This document shows positions 40,901 to 56,500 of a stretch of 64,000 bases of DNA, one piece after another (the first letter of the stretch is position 1; each line of letters starts with the position of its first letter). Below the pieces are notes generated by a model. The model saw only the letters and a program-made list of their open reading frames with translations. It made no database searches and had not been told where the DNA came from. The position numbers were made by a program, and so were the translations under genes. This DNA is from Strigamia acuminata. Lineage: Eukaryota. The stretch covers positions 1,302,001-1,366,000 of the forward strand of contig OX442314.1 of NCBI GenBank assembly GCA_949358305.1, read 5' to 3'.

Positions 40901-41196
40901 GGATGAGAGGGATACGGACGAGCGTGACGCGAGCGCGACATCCGGTGGCGAAAATTGGAAAATGCGGCCGCTGAGAATGGGCGAGTGGGTTCTCAGACGC
41001 CCTTCCGGCACATCGCGGTGAGGTGATGCAAAGGGTTTTCTTTTTTTTTTCTTTTCACCCGACCGCCACACGAGACGGTGGTGACGATGATCGACGGGGG
41101 GGAGAAAAATAAAATAAAATTGAAAATTAAAAAATAAAAAATAAAACAAAATAAAACAAAATAAATAAAAATAAAAATAAAAATAAAAATAAAAAC

Positions 41197-41454
41197 AAAA
41201 GGAGAACCGAATCTTTCGACTCTCCCCCACCCCCTCGCAACCCCGCGGGAGAGTGTTCATCATCACCATCTCGAAATAATAAGGGACCAAACTGGAACGG
41301 CACAATATTTGGCAATATCAACTGAAATGCTGTGAATGCGTGTTTGACAATACAGCTTTGTCGGAAATGAAAAGTCGGCGGGAGCGGGACTCGAACTCTC
41401 GGTCACCAACTCCGTGCGGCAGGTCACCCTGCCCGCTCGGCCACCCGGGCCCGA
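41197..41454 (-). ncRNA. Pol III-like ncRNA cassette 3
   Basis: A box TGGCCGAGCGG, B box AGTTCGAGTCC, CTTTT, then the double hairpin; spacer homologous to cassette 1. Confidence 0.6.
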
Positions 41455-41660
41455 AGATAAACCGTCCTCGTGGCCGTCTAGAATTTCGTCGCTTCGAATT
41501 TCTTCCTTTTCTGTTTTAACCCAACTCGACTCGGCAGCCCCGTTCGAATCTCGGGGAGGAAAAAACAAAAAAAAAAGAAAAGAGAAGAAAAAAAAAGAAG
41601 AGAAGAGAAGAGAAAAAGAATAGAAATAAAAACAAAAATATGAACGAAAAAAATAAAAAC

Positions 41661-41909
41661 AAAAGGAGAGCCGAATCTTCCGACTCCCCCCCACCCTCTC
41701 GCAACCTCGCGAGAGAGTGTGCCTCACTATCTGAAGAGAAAGAATGGCGCACAACCGTGCAATAGACACGACAATGTTAAGATAGATATAAGTGTTTCTG
41801 TGATACAGTTTTTGCCAGAAATGAAAAATCGGCGGGAAGCGGGACTCGAACCCTCGGTCACCAGCTCCGTGCGGCAGGTCACCCTGCCCGCTCGGCCACT
41901 CGGGGCCGA
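41661..41909 (-). ncRNA. Pol III-like ncRNA cassette 4
   Basis: Same head and tail with a different spacer. Confidence 0.6.
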
Positions 41910-42228
41910 TGATAAAGCGCCGCCAATTTCAACGACAACGTTCGCCGTCGTTACCATTCATTCTCGCCGTTGTTAATCGTCGTTAATTAGTTACCGGTTA
42001 TTAATTATTTTTTGTTTAATAATTATTATTATTATTATTATTATTACTATTATTTATTTGTTCGTTCGTTTGCTCGTTTGTTTTTTATTTTTCGTGTCGT
42101 CAGCTGACGGACTGACTGACTGACTGACTGACTGACTGACTGACAGACAGACAGACAGTCGCATCCGCGAGAGAGGGTACACTTTTTCCGGCCACGCGGC
42201 AGATTTTTTCTCTCGACGCCATTTTCAG

Positions 42229-43797
<1,569 letters not shown>

Positions 43798-44125
43798 TTG
43801 ATTGGTTGGCCGATCGAGCTAATTAATTCACACGTTTTCGTTTCACTTGTCTGTTTTTGTTCGTTTTTATTGATTTGTTCGTTTGTTTTCTTTTTTTTCT
43901 TTTTCTTTGTCGGCATCGACAATACGTCGTCATTGTTGCCTTTGTTAATAAATAATAAAATTAACTTACAAAAAAAATGGAATAAATGAATAAATAAATA
44001 AATAAGCAAAACAAACAAAACTACTCCGCCGCGTTCTGGCAAATGGAGGAATGAAATAAAACAAAATTAACCGGCCGGTTGGCCGCCCGAGCGTCGGCGC
44101 GCGCTCGGTCGTGGAAACGTCGCGG

Positions 44126-44850
44126 TCACTTGTCCGCGCCGGCCACGTGGATCTGAAAACAATCGCGACCGTGTTTCGGCCGGCACAGGTTGATTTCGCA
44201 GGGGACGCACCACCAACTGCTCTCGTGCCGTTCCTTGCGGCGCACGTAACACACCTTGCACCGCTTGCTCTTGGACGTGTGTTCGAGCCGGTGGACGACG
44301 GGTCCGCCGGGCGCGGGGGCCGCGCCCGGCACGGCCCCCTCCCGTCGAGACACGAGTTGGGTGGCGAGCGCTCTCCTGAACTGCAGCTGCGATCGGCCGC
44401 CTCGCGCGCCCGAGGTCGCCTCGAGCATATTGATTCGGGCGTTGACGCACACTGGAAGAAGAGAAGAGAAGAGAAGCGAGAATTAATTAGCGACGGATTA
44501 ATCGGTGGCAAACGGCGCCCCGCTCACCTTGGTTCAGCTTGTGGAAGAAGAAGTACCGGTGCCAGTACGGGGAACGGCGCCCGATGCGGAACGAGGAGAC
44601 CAGCCTGTTCAGCACGTCCACCCAGTGGAAATTGCGCGTGTACGAAAGCGCGGGCGCCGGGCAACGGACGTCCACCCTGTTGCCGCCGATGCGACGGGAG
44701 ACGTGCCCGGGCGCCGCCAACGGGTCGACGTTCGTGCTGAGCAGACTCACGGTCGTCGTGTCCCTCCACCAGGTAAGCAACAGTCGGCCACTCTGACGAT
44801 GCAGGAAATCGCCTATGAATAAAAAAGAAGTGAAATCAATCAATCAATCG

Positions 44851-44934
<84 letters not shown>

Positions 44935-46531
44935 GCCGACGATGCGAAGAGCGAGCGGGCGGTTTACCTCTCGCGTTGGCTCGGTACCGCTTGGGGTCCG
45001 GGAGGTCGGGCGGCATTTGGGCCGCGTTGGACCGCAGCGTCCCGACGGCCATTGTGTTGTGGCGGGCAAAGAGGTGCTCGAACAGCACGGCGGACGTGAA
45101 TCGATTGTCGCACGCAATCGTGTGCCCTTTGCCGAGGTAGTGCCTGGCGACGTAGACGACGATGCGTCCGATGATGCTGCCCGGGTACCTGGAAACGAAA
45201 AAAAGAGAAAAGAAAAAGAAGGAATTGTGAGAACGAAGGAGAGAAACAGCGACGACGAAGTGACTCACTCTGGCTCCGGCTCCTCGTCCGGGTCGAAGAA
45301 CATTTTGGCGCGTTTGCCGATGTGCGCCTCGTCGTTCAGCACGTAGGCGGTGCCCGCGTCGCATAGTGTGAACAACTCGAAGCCCCATTTGATGGGCTTG
45401 GCCGGTTGACGGACCTGGGAAGAACGTTAAAGAAAGAAAGAAAGAAAGAAAGAAAGAACGAACGTTAGAGAAAAACGAGATCGGAGGGCGACCCCCGCAC
45501 GCACCTTCATCTCCGATCGACCCCGGTAGGCGATCATCGATTCGTCGACGCAGAGAGTTTGGCTGGGCTCGCGGCACGCGCGAAAGCGCTTGTTCACCAG
45601 ATCGGCGAACAAACGGACTTTCGTCGTGCCGTCGTCTCGTTCGCGTTCCTTCAAGAACGCCGCCCTCTCTCCCGTCGTGCTGCCGCCGTCGGAGCCGGCC
45701 GCCGACCCGCCAACGCGCAGCCGCTGGTACGACGGCTGCGTGCTGTAGTGGAGATAACGCGAAACCTCTTCGAACCGTTGGCGCGTCATCGCTCGTCGGA
45801 CGGCCGGCGCGCCGAGATCGCCGGGCCTGTCGCCCTGCCAGTAGTGGCGCAGTTCGGGCTGTCGGTTGTAACCGGTGAGCACGAGAATGCCCAGGTACGC
45901 GTACAGCTCGTCCAGCGCCAGGGGTCGAACCGGCCCACGTGCCCTCTGCCGAGGAGGAGGAGGAGGAGGAGGAGGAGGAGGAGGAGGAGGAAGGGGAGGA
46001 AGGGCTAATTGTCGTCGAGCGGCCGCGTCGGCCGCCCCCCGGTCGCCCGCGGTGAGGCGCACCCTCAGGTCCGCGCACCGCGCCCCGGGTCGGGTGCCGC
46101 TGCCACCGGCAACGGCCACGACGCTCCCACCGGCAGCAGTCGTCGTCGTCGTCGCCGCCGTCGTTCGTCTGGACTTTGGACCTCGTGGCCGTGGCCGCGA
46201 CGCGGCGAGCACCTAGAACGAAAACGAAAACGAAAACGAGCGTGAGAGTGAGTGTCGCGGATCGTCACCGTTGTTTTTTTCTCGGCACCTGCGCTCGCGC
46301 CATTTCCTCCTCTCTCGCCTCTCTCCGGATGGCTCGATTCGTCGCGGTCACGATGAAACGGGCCGCCTCGCCGAACAGCTCCTCGAAGTAATCGAACTCC
46401 GAGCTGCTCGGCACGCAGCGACCGCAGTAGCCGGGCGTCCCGCCGGCGAAACCGACGTCCTGCCGGTACGACGTCGTCGCGGCGACCCACACGCGCGCGC
46501 CCGCGTCCGTTTTGGGGAAACCGTCCGTCAT
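44126..46531 (-). CDS. piggyBac (DDE_Tnp_1_7) transposase, 6 exons, apparently intact
   Basis: Approximate exons 46531-46289, 46212-45505, 45414-45269, 45189-44968, 44813-44528 and 44452-44126. Motifs ELYAYLGI, MTRQRFEE, VDESM, KPIKWG, CDNRFTS, GTLRSN, WVDVLN and a C-terminal cysteine-rich domain RCKVC...CVPC...LC...CFQIH. Confidence 0.92.
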
Positions 46532-46987
46532 GGCTTAAACGAACGAACGAACGAACGGACGAAACGGTCGTTTAGCCAACCAATCAATTAATCAATTAAT
46601 TGATTAATAAATTAATAAACACGAACCGGGAAAGTTGGTCGGTCGGCTGGCTCGTCTTTCTTTATTGGTTTATTTCTCGTTTCTCGTTTCTTTTTCTTTC
46701 TTTTTCGACGATGGTGCGTGCGGATTGAATGACGCCGTCGAGCGGGGTCAAAGGTAGGAATGGGTGTTGTTTTGCTGCGGCGCAAACTCTGTAGAGCGGC
46801 ACCTGACGACGCGGACTGTATTTATAAAAACAAAACGAACCAAATAAATGAATGAATGAATGAATGAATGAATGAATGAATGAATAAAAAGAGAGAAGAA
46901 TGGAAAGAAATAAGTAAAAAAAATAAATAAAATAAAAAAGTGGAATGAAATAAAATAAAAGAACGAGAGGAGGGAGGTCGAATAAAA

Positions 46988-48073
46988 TAAAGAAGGGCCG
47001 ATACCTTCGACCCCCCCTCCCGCGGGTCTTGCGAGAGAGTAGTATTCATGAGAATGCGTTAGTAAAGTACTCATTTGTAACAAATCAATCATAGAAGAAG
47101 GGTTTCTGAGAAAACATCGGTGAAATGAAAAGTCGGCGGGAGCGGGACTCGAACTTTCGGTCCACGTCTCCGTGCGGCAGGTCACCCTACCCGCTCGGCC
47201 ACCCGGGGCCGAAGATAAACCGCCCTCGTAGTGGCTTGGAATTGTGTCGGCCCCAATTCGAGTACTCTATTCTACTTCACTTTGGCCAAATGAACGAAAG
47301 AGAGACGCGAATGAATAAATGAATAAATAGATAAATGGGTGGAAATAAAAAAAATAAATAGAAAAAAAAAAATAATGAAAATAAAGTGAAATAAAATAAA
47401 GAAGGGCCGATACCTTCGACCCCCCCTCCCGCGGGTCTTGCGGGAGAGTATTGCCCATGAGAATGTATTAATAAACCACTAGTACGATAACGAGTAATTA
47501 CGAAGAAAGAAAGAGATGTTACCGAATAATTTCGGAGAAACGGAAAGTCGGGAGAGCGGGACTCGAACTCTCGGTCACCAGCTCCGTGCGGTAGGTCACT
47601 CTACTCGCTCGGCCACCCGGGGCCGAAGATAAAGCGTCCTCGTGGTCGTCTAGAATTTCGTCGCTTCCGATTCGAGTATTCGTTTCATTTTGGCCGAACG
47701 AACGAGAGGAAAAGAGACGAAAGGAAGAAAAAAGAAAGAAAGAAAGAAAGAAATAAATAAATAAATAAATAAATAAACAAATAAATAAACAAATAAATAA
47801 ACAGACGGGTAGATAGGTAGGTGGAAATAAAATTAAAAATAGAATAAAATAAAATGAAATAAAATAAAGAAGGGCCGATACCTTCGACCCCCCCTCCCGC
47901 GAGTCTTGCGGAAGAGTAGTATTTTCAAGAACTTGTCACAGTATAATAAACCAACTAATACAAATCAATCATTCAATGTTGCCAACGAAAAGTCGGGGGA
48001 GAGCGGGACGCGAACCTTCGGTCACCAGCTCCGTGCGGCAGGTCACCCTGCCCGCTCGGCCACCCGGGGCCGA
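46988..48073 (-). ncRNA. Three tandem Pol III-like ncRNA cassettes (46988-47212, 47398-47626, 47865-48073)
   Basis: Each has the A/B-box head, a distinct AT-rich spacer, and hairpins of the type CTCCCGC-AAGACCC-GCGGGAG and GGGTCGA-AGGTA-TCGGCCC followed by a T-rich tail. Confidence 0.6.
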
Positions 48074-48457
48074 AGATAAAGCGTCTTCGTGGTCGTCTGG
48101 AATTTCGTCGCTTTCGGTTCGAGTGCTCTATTTTACTCTACTCTACTCTACTCTACTCTACTCTACTCTACTCTACTCTACTCTACTTTACTTTACTTTA
48201 CTTTACTTTACTTTACTTTACTTCGGGTTTCTTTCTTTTTTGTTTGTTTCAACCTCGTAGGTTGATTTGAACGTTTTTGAGAAGAAATGAAGAGAGAGAG
48301 AGGCGAGGCGTGTGGTTTACTCGCTGATTTATTCGAGAGAGCAGATAACACAACAACAAAATGTATATATATACATGTGTATATGTATGTATGTATGTAT
48401 ACATAAACAAATAAATAAATGAATGGGTGAACGAATGAATGAACGAATGGAGAAAAA

Positions 48458-48532
<75 letters not shown>

Positions 48533-48790
48533 AAAAAATAAATAAAAAAAATAAATAAATAGGTCGCGGACGACGTCGTCGATGTCGCTCGCGCGTTCGG
48601 TCGTCCACCTCGCTCGCTCGCTGTCTGCCTGTCCAGCTCGCGTCATTCTAAGTCGGTCGGTCGGTCGGTCGGTCAATCGGTCGGTCGGTCGTTCTAAGTC
48701 GGTTGGTCGGTCGTTCGTTCTAAGTCGGTTGGTCGGTCGGTCGGTCGGTCGTTCTAAGTCGGTCGGTCGCTCGCTCGCTCGCTCGCTCGC

Positions 48791-49344
48791 TCACACCGAC
48801 TCGAAGCTCCGGTCGTCGAGTGCATACGGCGGACGGTCACAGTATTCCAATAGAAACTCCGCGTGGTCTCGGTCGATATCCTCCGTTGCCGCGATCAACC
48901 GGACCATGTACTCCGGGACCAGGACCTTGGGCACTATCGTCGCGAGACGATCCGGCGGCATGCGGGGAATGCCTTTCGGTGGAAGCAAACCGACCTCCGC
49001 TTCGTAGAGACCCTCGATCTTGCGAACCAGCCATCGACTCTGAAACGTGAATGGAAATTTAAACGAGCGAACAAACAAACGAACGAGCGAACGATTCGTT
49101 AACCCGTACCACCGCCTTGTCTCTGATCAACGCCTCGTGTTGGTCCGTCACCAGGTCTTCTCGCGCGCTGGTGGTCCCTTTAAACGCGCTCATCCGCCAA
49201 CTCGCCGACTCGCCTCGGAGGACATTCGCGATGTGCCGGTAGCAAGCGTGCTCTTTGCGGGCCAGGCCCTCTTTGGTCGTGTAGACGGAGCACCTGCGAG
49301 AGAAATTCGGGATTAGTTCGACGAACGAAAAACGATCAACACCG

Positions 49345-49391
<47 letters not shown>

Positions 49392-51007
49392 TACCGCAGT
49401 TTGGAGCAGAGGGGTTCGTCGCGACAACCGCTGCAGACAAAACCTTCGCTTCGGCCGAGTCGTTTGGTCCACGGCCGCCCCACGCACTCTTCGTGCACCG
49501 AGCATAAACACTCGGAGCATTTGATCCGCGGGTCGGCCACCCCGAGACAGTAGATACTGTCGCAACCGGTTGCCTTGGAGCCAGCGGCACCACTCCGATC
49601 GTGGCGATACAGGGACGTCTGAAATTTGAAACGAGCGAATTTGTGAACGGATACGAGAAAGAAAGAAAGAAAGAAAGAAAGAAAAACGAGACAATACGGG
49701 ACGAGATTTTTCGTTTCTTACCTTGAACGGTTGCGAAAACGGCCGCGAAGAAGATGACCGCGACTGCGACCACGACTGCGACTGCGACTCCTTCGATCGC
49801 GACTCCTTCGATCGCGACTCCTTCGACTGCGACCGCGACCGCGACTGCGATCGCGACCGCGACCGCGACTGCGACTGCGACCGCGACTGCGACTGCGACC
49901 GCGATTGCGACCGCGACCGCGACCGCGACCGCGACCCGGTGCCGCGACTGTGCCCGGGCGAGGGCTCGTGTTCGGCGTGTTCGAGTTCGAACTCACTTTC
50001 TCGCCGACGCTGTATCTCGCGACTCTGTGCGCGGATCATTTGGCCTTCGCACTCTACCTTCGCGCGGTTCTTCTTGCGGACTTCGCGGCGAGCGCGTTCC
50101 TCATCATCGTCGTCGTCGCGGACGAGCGGGATGCCGGGTACCCGACTACGCACGAAAGTGAAGCCGCGTACGGTGATGGGATCGCGCGAGAGGTCGACGT
50201 CGTATTCTCGGGACTTGCTGGTGGCACCGGCACCGGCACCACGATCGGGGCGGGCGCCGGTGAAGAGGTCGGCACCACTGTCCTCGGCGCCGTCGTCGTC
50301 GCCGCCGCTGCTGCTGCTGCTGTTGCTATTGTCGTCTGCACGTTTAATGGATCCGGCGTGTTTAGCGGCAACAACAGTAGATTTGGCGCGTTGCTCGGTG
50401 GTGGGTTTGGCACGTTGCTCGGCGGCGGATTTGGCGCGTTGCTCGGCGGCGGATTTGGCGCGTTGCTCGGCGGCGGATTTGGCGCGTTGCTCGGCGGCGG
50501 ATTTGGCGCGTTGCTCGGCGGCGGATTTGGCGCGTTGCTCGGCGGCGGATTTGGCGCGTTGCTCGGCGGCGGATTTGGCGCGTTGCTCGGCGGCGGATTT
50601 GGCGCGTTGCTCGGCGGCGGATTTGGCGCGTTGCTCGGCGGCGGATTTGGCGCGTTGCTCGGCGGCGGATTTGGCGCGTTGCTCGGCGGTGCGAAGAGCA
50701 GTTGCAGCAGCGGGGGCAATGCGAAAGGTACCAGCGAGAGGAGAGGGACGCGGGGAAGGGAAAGAAGCGGGCATGGAAAACAAGCCCCTGACTTTGTCCT
50801 TTCCGAAGAGGAGATCCAGCACCGGGCGTTGTTGCACCATGTCGATGGCTTCCTGAAAAAGAAAACGAACGAGTCAATTCGATCGATAGATTGATCGAGT
50901 CCTCGACGCGAGTCAGTCACGCACGTTCGACATCCACTTCGTGTACCCTTCCTTCATCAGGTCCAAGTTGCTTTGTTCTACTGGGATGACTACCTGTGTG
51001 TGTGTGT

Positions 51008-51077
<70 letters not shown>

Positions 51078-52377
51078 GTGAATAAAAAATTAAAATAATC
51101 AATGAACGAACGAATAAACCGAGGCGTTTTTCTTTCACCTTCTTTTCTGCCTCGCCCTTTCGTCGTTTCGGTTGATCCGGGACACGTTGCGGCGCCGGGC
51201 GTTTCGGCGCCGGTAGTTTCGGTTCGTCGCATCCCCTTTGGTCGATGCTCGACCTTATCGTCGCGATCGGTACGTAAAATTTATGTTTCGTCCAAAGATG
51301 TTGCCTCAGGTCATCCGGCTGCGTGTCGCACAAAGGGCAGTCGGACGCGTGCTCCGTCGTCGAAAACAGTTCCTGTCGGGTAAAAAAAACAAAAAAAACA
51401 AAAACATACGATTTGTTCAGCGACGACACCGAGAGACCGCGCGAGGAAACACATGCATACATACGTACCTGGCAAAAGCCGTCGAATGTGCCGATGTGGC
51501 CGCGCAGCAATTGCCTGGCCGCCTCAAAGTCTCTGGCTACGGTGTGCACACTCCGCCAGTGATCGCCAATGTCCTTGAGTGGGCCAGCCGGTTTCCATCC
51601 GCCCCCATCGCCGTCGTCGTCGTCGCCGTCGCCGTCGTCGTCGTCGTAGGCGTAGTTCGCGCGCTTCCTGCGGCACAGCCAACACATCCCCACCCTGCTG
51701 CGAACGGGCTTGTCCTGAACGAAGAAGAAGAAGAAGAAGAAGAAAAAACGAGTGAATCGACGACACGGGCGGGCGCCGTTGCTCACCTTCGCAGAGTCGT
51801 AGGAGCCAAAGTCTGTTTGTTGCGACTGCGACCCGCTGGGAGGGACTGGGAGCATCGCCTCGAGAGCCCCCAGTCTTTCGCCGTGGTTGGCGAGGTTCGA
51901 CCTCAATTCTTCCAGTTCAACTTCCAGGGTGTTGATCTTGGCTTGCATGGCTTCGACCTCGCGCCCCGTTGCCCCGTCACCGCCGCTGTTGCCGTCGTTG
52001 GCTTCGTTGCCGCCGTTGCCGTTGTCGCCGCCACCGCCGTTGTTGCCATTGCCATTGTCGCTGTCGTCGTCGTTGTCGCTGTCGAGTCGTCTATCGAAAA
52101 ACGAAAACGAATGTAAATGGTATCCCGCACGAACCCGGTCGCGCCGTGGTACTTACATTGGACGGGGTTTGCGTACACCTTCCAATCCGGACAACGTGCT
52201 CGGAAACGACTGGCTGGCGCCCGGGTCCGCGCTCTCGGTTCCCGCTGTTCCGTTCGGCGACGACAAAACGTGCACCACCTCCTCGGCGCCTGTTTCCGCG
52301 TGGGTCTCCGTGACACCTCCGCCCTCGGGGTTCACTCCCGTCCGTTCTTCGCCCACTCCTCGTTGCTCGTCGTCCAT
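48791..52377 (-). CDS. Large multi-exon orphan protein: coiled coil, double zinc finger, (AKSAAEQR)n, RS-rich region, globular C-terminus
   Basis: MDDEQRG start; CWLC...DHWRSVH...CPLC...QHLWTKH; 24-bp in-frame tandem repeat about 50385-50690; GT-AG introns. Confidence 0.65.
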
Positions 52378-53579
52378 TTTCGTCGATCAATCGCCTACTT
52401 ATAAACGAATTGGTCGTTTAATCAATTAATTGGTTAATTCATTAGACCGATTAACGGACGAACGGACGGACAAATAATAGCGCCGCGAGTAGTAACCACA
52501 AAACCAACGTTGAATCTAGTCGTTTGATATCGACGGGGTTTCCCCCCTCCTCCGTGCTCACGCACGCTGTCCCGCATGGCACGCCGTTTTTATTCGCCCG
52601 TTCCGTTTCTTCTCTCGTTTGTTTGTTTTTTTTTTAAGAAATAATGCGATTGGATAGCCTTACTTACTCGTTTGTTCGTTTTTTTTTTGTTTGTTTGTTT
52701 GTTTGTTTTTCCCACTCTACGGAGTCCAGCGAACCGATATATGTACGCGTGTGCGTCGCGAAGAAGGAGAAGGGCACAACAATGGCGGGAAAAAGCTTGA
52801 TCCGCTGTTCACCTCGATGTCACGGCGCTGCGACGCGACGCTCGGCGATGCGAATTAAAAAGAAAAAATGAAACAAAATAAAACAAAGTGAAACAATAAA
52901 ATGAAACGAAACGAAACAAAATAAAATGAAACGAATAAACGATCGGCGTTTTGAATCGTGCCGCGTCATGTTGCCCGGTTGCGCCACCGGGTGCCCGCGC
53001 AGCGCTCGGCGCTCGGTGTTCGGTGTTCGGCCCGTCCCGTGAACGGGGAGGAGAAGAACGAAGCGGGGACTACGGGTTCGGGTTAGGCGCCGACGGCGTG
53101 GTTGATCGATTATATTTTCTCGCTTTCTATTTATCTTCTCGTAAGAGTTGTAAAGGCGTATAAAGAATAAACAATTGGAGCGAAAAGTAAACGGTCTTTT
53201 TATTTGTGTACATTTGTAAAATTTGAAAATTTTTCTTAAAACTAAGCGTGAATAAACGAGCGAAAAAAATGAGGCGGGCTCGCGCGACGGGCGACGGGTC
53301 TAGTTGTCGCATTAGTCGGTCCTGGTCGAGGAGCAGTCTGTCTGTCCTTAACGGTCAAAATGAGAATGGCACCGAAGAGACTCCGTACATTATTCGATGT
53401 GAAATCTGAAATCTGAAATCTGAAATCTGAAATCTGAAAAATCTGAAAAACCTGAAAAACCTGGGACCCGTGAAAACCCGAAATCTGAAAACCGATTGAT
53501 TGGTCGGTCGATCAATCAATCGATCGATCGATCGGTGGACGGTTGGCTGCCTGCCCCACCCACCCGCGACGATTGGCCC

Positions 53580-56500
53580 CACCGGCCGGCGGTGGCCCAT
53601 TCTCGACTTATTTATTTATTATTTTGACCGGCCCGAAGGCCAGTCTGAGACCGAAAAAGCACGGCTGCTTTTACAGAGACGGGTATCAAATACCGCGCCG
53701 CTCGGCGGGTACTGTGCGCCGCTCGACCGAGCGGCGGGCCCGAGTCCCGAGTTCGATCTGAAAGTGTTGGCAAAACCCATCGAACGTGTTCGGGAAGACT
53801 CCCGTCCACAACGACGGCGCGAGACCCCCGGAAGATGAAAATAAAATACGAAACGGCTCATTTTCTATAAAATTTTTATTCCAACGAATTACGACGAAGA
53901 TAACCTAATTAACGGTTAAAGCACGGACCGCAAAGTCGGTCCCACGACCGAAGAATTAAAATTTTAATCGTCTTTCTTTTTTCGTGTGATATTTTTTTTA
54001 CCTCGTACCGATCGCCACATCGGACACGAGTAGAATGCACGCGACCGCACGCATGCTGCGAGGTTTAGACGGTCGAAGGAATGCCGGTAAGGGAGCTTAT
54101 TTTCGGGGCGAGTCGTCGGGGCTGCCGCTGCCGCCGCTGTCGCTCAACGACCCCAACCGCATCTATTCGTCGGGACGGATACGTTCCATTTTCGGACTTA
54201 TTTATTTATTTATTTATTTATTATTTTGACCGGCCCGAAGGCCAGTCTGAGACCGTGGCGAAGCAAGGGTCCTTTTATATCGGATACCGCGCCGCTCGGC
54301 GGGTACTGTGCGCCGCTCGACCGAGCGGCGGGCCCGAGTCCCGAGTTCGATCTGAAAGTGTTGGCAAAACCCATCGAACGTGTTCGGGAAGACTCCCGTC
54401 CACAACGACGGCGCGAGACCCCCGGAAGATGAAAATAAAATACGAAACGGCTCATTTTCTATAAAATTTTTATTCCAACGAATTACGACGAAGATAACCT
54501 AATTAACGGTTAAAGTACGAACCGCAAAGTCGGTGCCACGACCGGAGAATTAAAATTTTAATCGTCTTCCTTTCTCTGATGATCTTTTTTTTTTTTACTC
54601 CGTACCGATCGCCACGTCGGACACGAGTAGAATGCACGCGACCGCACGAGCGCTGCGAGGTTTGAACGAACAAACGGATGCCAGCGCAGGACCTTATTTT
54701 CGGGGCGATTCGTCCGGGCTGTCGCTGCCGCTGACGCCGCTCAACGACACCACCTGCCCCTATTCTGGCCGGGACGGGGACGTTCTATTTCCGATTTATT
54801 CATTTATTTGTTATTTTGACCGGCCCGAAGGCCAGTCTGAGACCGAGACCCACCGACCGACCATTGGATGGTAGGCGACTCGACCAACAGAAAATGGCGA
54901 CGAACATTTTAGGAGACGGAACCACACCAACGACCGACCGGCCATTTGGTGCTCAACAGGTACTCCAGTCTCGATCTGAAAAACGTCCGCAATGTCTATC
55001 GGATGCGATGACCGGGACTCGCATCGACTGCGACGGTACACGGTCCCTGGGAAATGATTTAAAAATGTAAAACGACGATTATTTTGTAAAACTTTTATTC
55101 GAATCTGCCACAACGAAGATAACCTAATTAACGGTTAAAGCACGAACCGCAAAGTCGGTGCCACGACTGGAGAATTAAAATTTTAATCGTCTTCCTTTCT
55201 CTGATGATCTTTTTTTTTTTTACTCCGTACCGATCGCCACGTCGGACACGAGTAGAATGCACGCGACCGCACGAGCGCTGCGAGGTTTGAACGAACGAAC
55301 GGATGCCGGCGCAGGACCTTATTTTCGGGGCGAGTTAGTCGTCGGGGCTGTCGCTGCCGCTGACGTCGCTGCCGCTGACGTCGCTCAACGACGCCACCCA
55401 CCCTTATTCTCGCCGGGACGGGTGCGACCTATTTCCGATCCATTTATTTATTTATTTATTTATTTATTATTTTGACCGGCCCGAAGGCCAGTCTGAGACC
55501 GAGACCGCTCTCGGAGACCCGTCGACAAAATCACTGGCTGGAGCGTGCATCGGACCGACGACCGATAAACGGATGGGTGAAAAAATGCCAGTGGTCCGCA
55601 CCGATCGTCGGGGCGTGAATGTCGACCTCTCACATCGGTCTCGATCCGAAAGCACTCACGGGGTCAATTGAACGCACCGAAGGCGACTGCCATCGAATAC
55701 GACGGCGCAAGACCCCCGGGAGGTGAAAATAAAATGCGGAGCGGCGGGTTTCCTATAAAATTTTTATTGCGATAAAGTGCGACGAAGATAACCTAATTAA
55801 CGGTTAAAACGCAAACCACAAAGTCGGTTCCACGACCGGAGAATTAAAATTTTAATCGTCTTTCCTTTTGCGTGTAATATTTTTTTTTTTACCCCGTACC
55901 GATCGCCACACCGGACACGAGTAGAATGCACGCGACCGCACGCGCGCTGCGAGGTTTAGACGGACGAAGAAATGCCGGTGCGGGAGCTTATTTTCGGGGC
56001 GAGTCGTCGGGGCTACCGCCGCCGCTGCCGCCGCTCAACGAGCCCAACTGTCACTATTCGTCGGGATGGATGCGTTTTGTTCCCGACTTATTTATCTATT
56101 TATTAATTTTTTTCTTTTTTTTTGACCGGCCCGAAGGCCAGTCTGAGACCGAGAGGCGGGAGACGCGTATCGCCGTTGGAACCAACAGCATCATAGAATG
56201 CAAGAACCCGGCTACCGCGACTCGTACAGATTGAGTGCAAAGAGTTAACTACTGACCTCGAAAGGAAGACTAGCAAACAAGCTGTACGATCGATTGGTCT
56301 AAAAATGCTCACAAAACCCATCGAGTGCAGTGATATAAACTCGCGTCGACTACGTTGGTGCAGCGTGTATTGCGAGATGAAATTTAAATCGTAAACCAAT
56401 TGAGACGTTCACGATCTTGTTTCACGCAACATCTACCACGAAAATCTAATTAATGACTGGATCACATGACACAAAATTAATTCTACGACCGGGAAATCGA

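Noticed and set aside
49723..50920. Alternative-frame long ORFs over the 24-bp repeat
   Set aside because: The repeat lacks stops in several frames; only the minus-strand AKSAAEQR frame appears to connect to flanking splice sites.
53640..53770. Hammerhead ribozyme suggested by CTGAGA and CTGAAAG
   Set aside because: No complete CUGANGA/GAAA core with the required stems could be built by eye.
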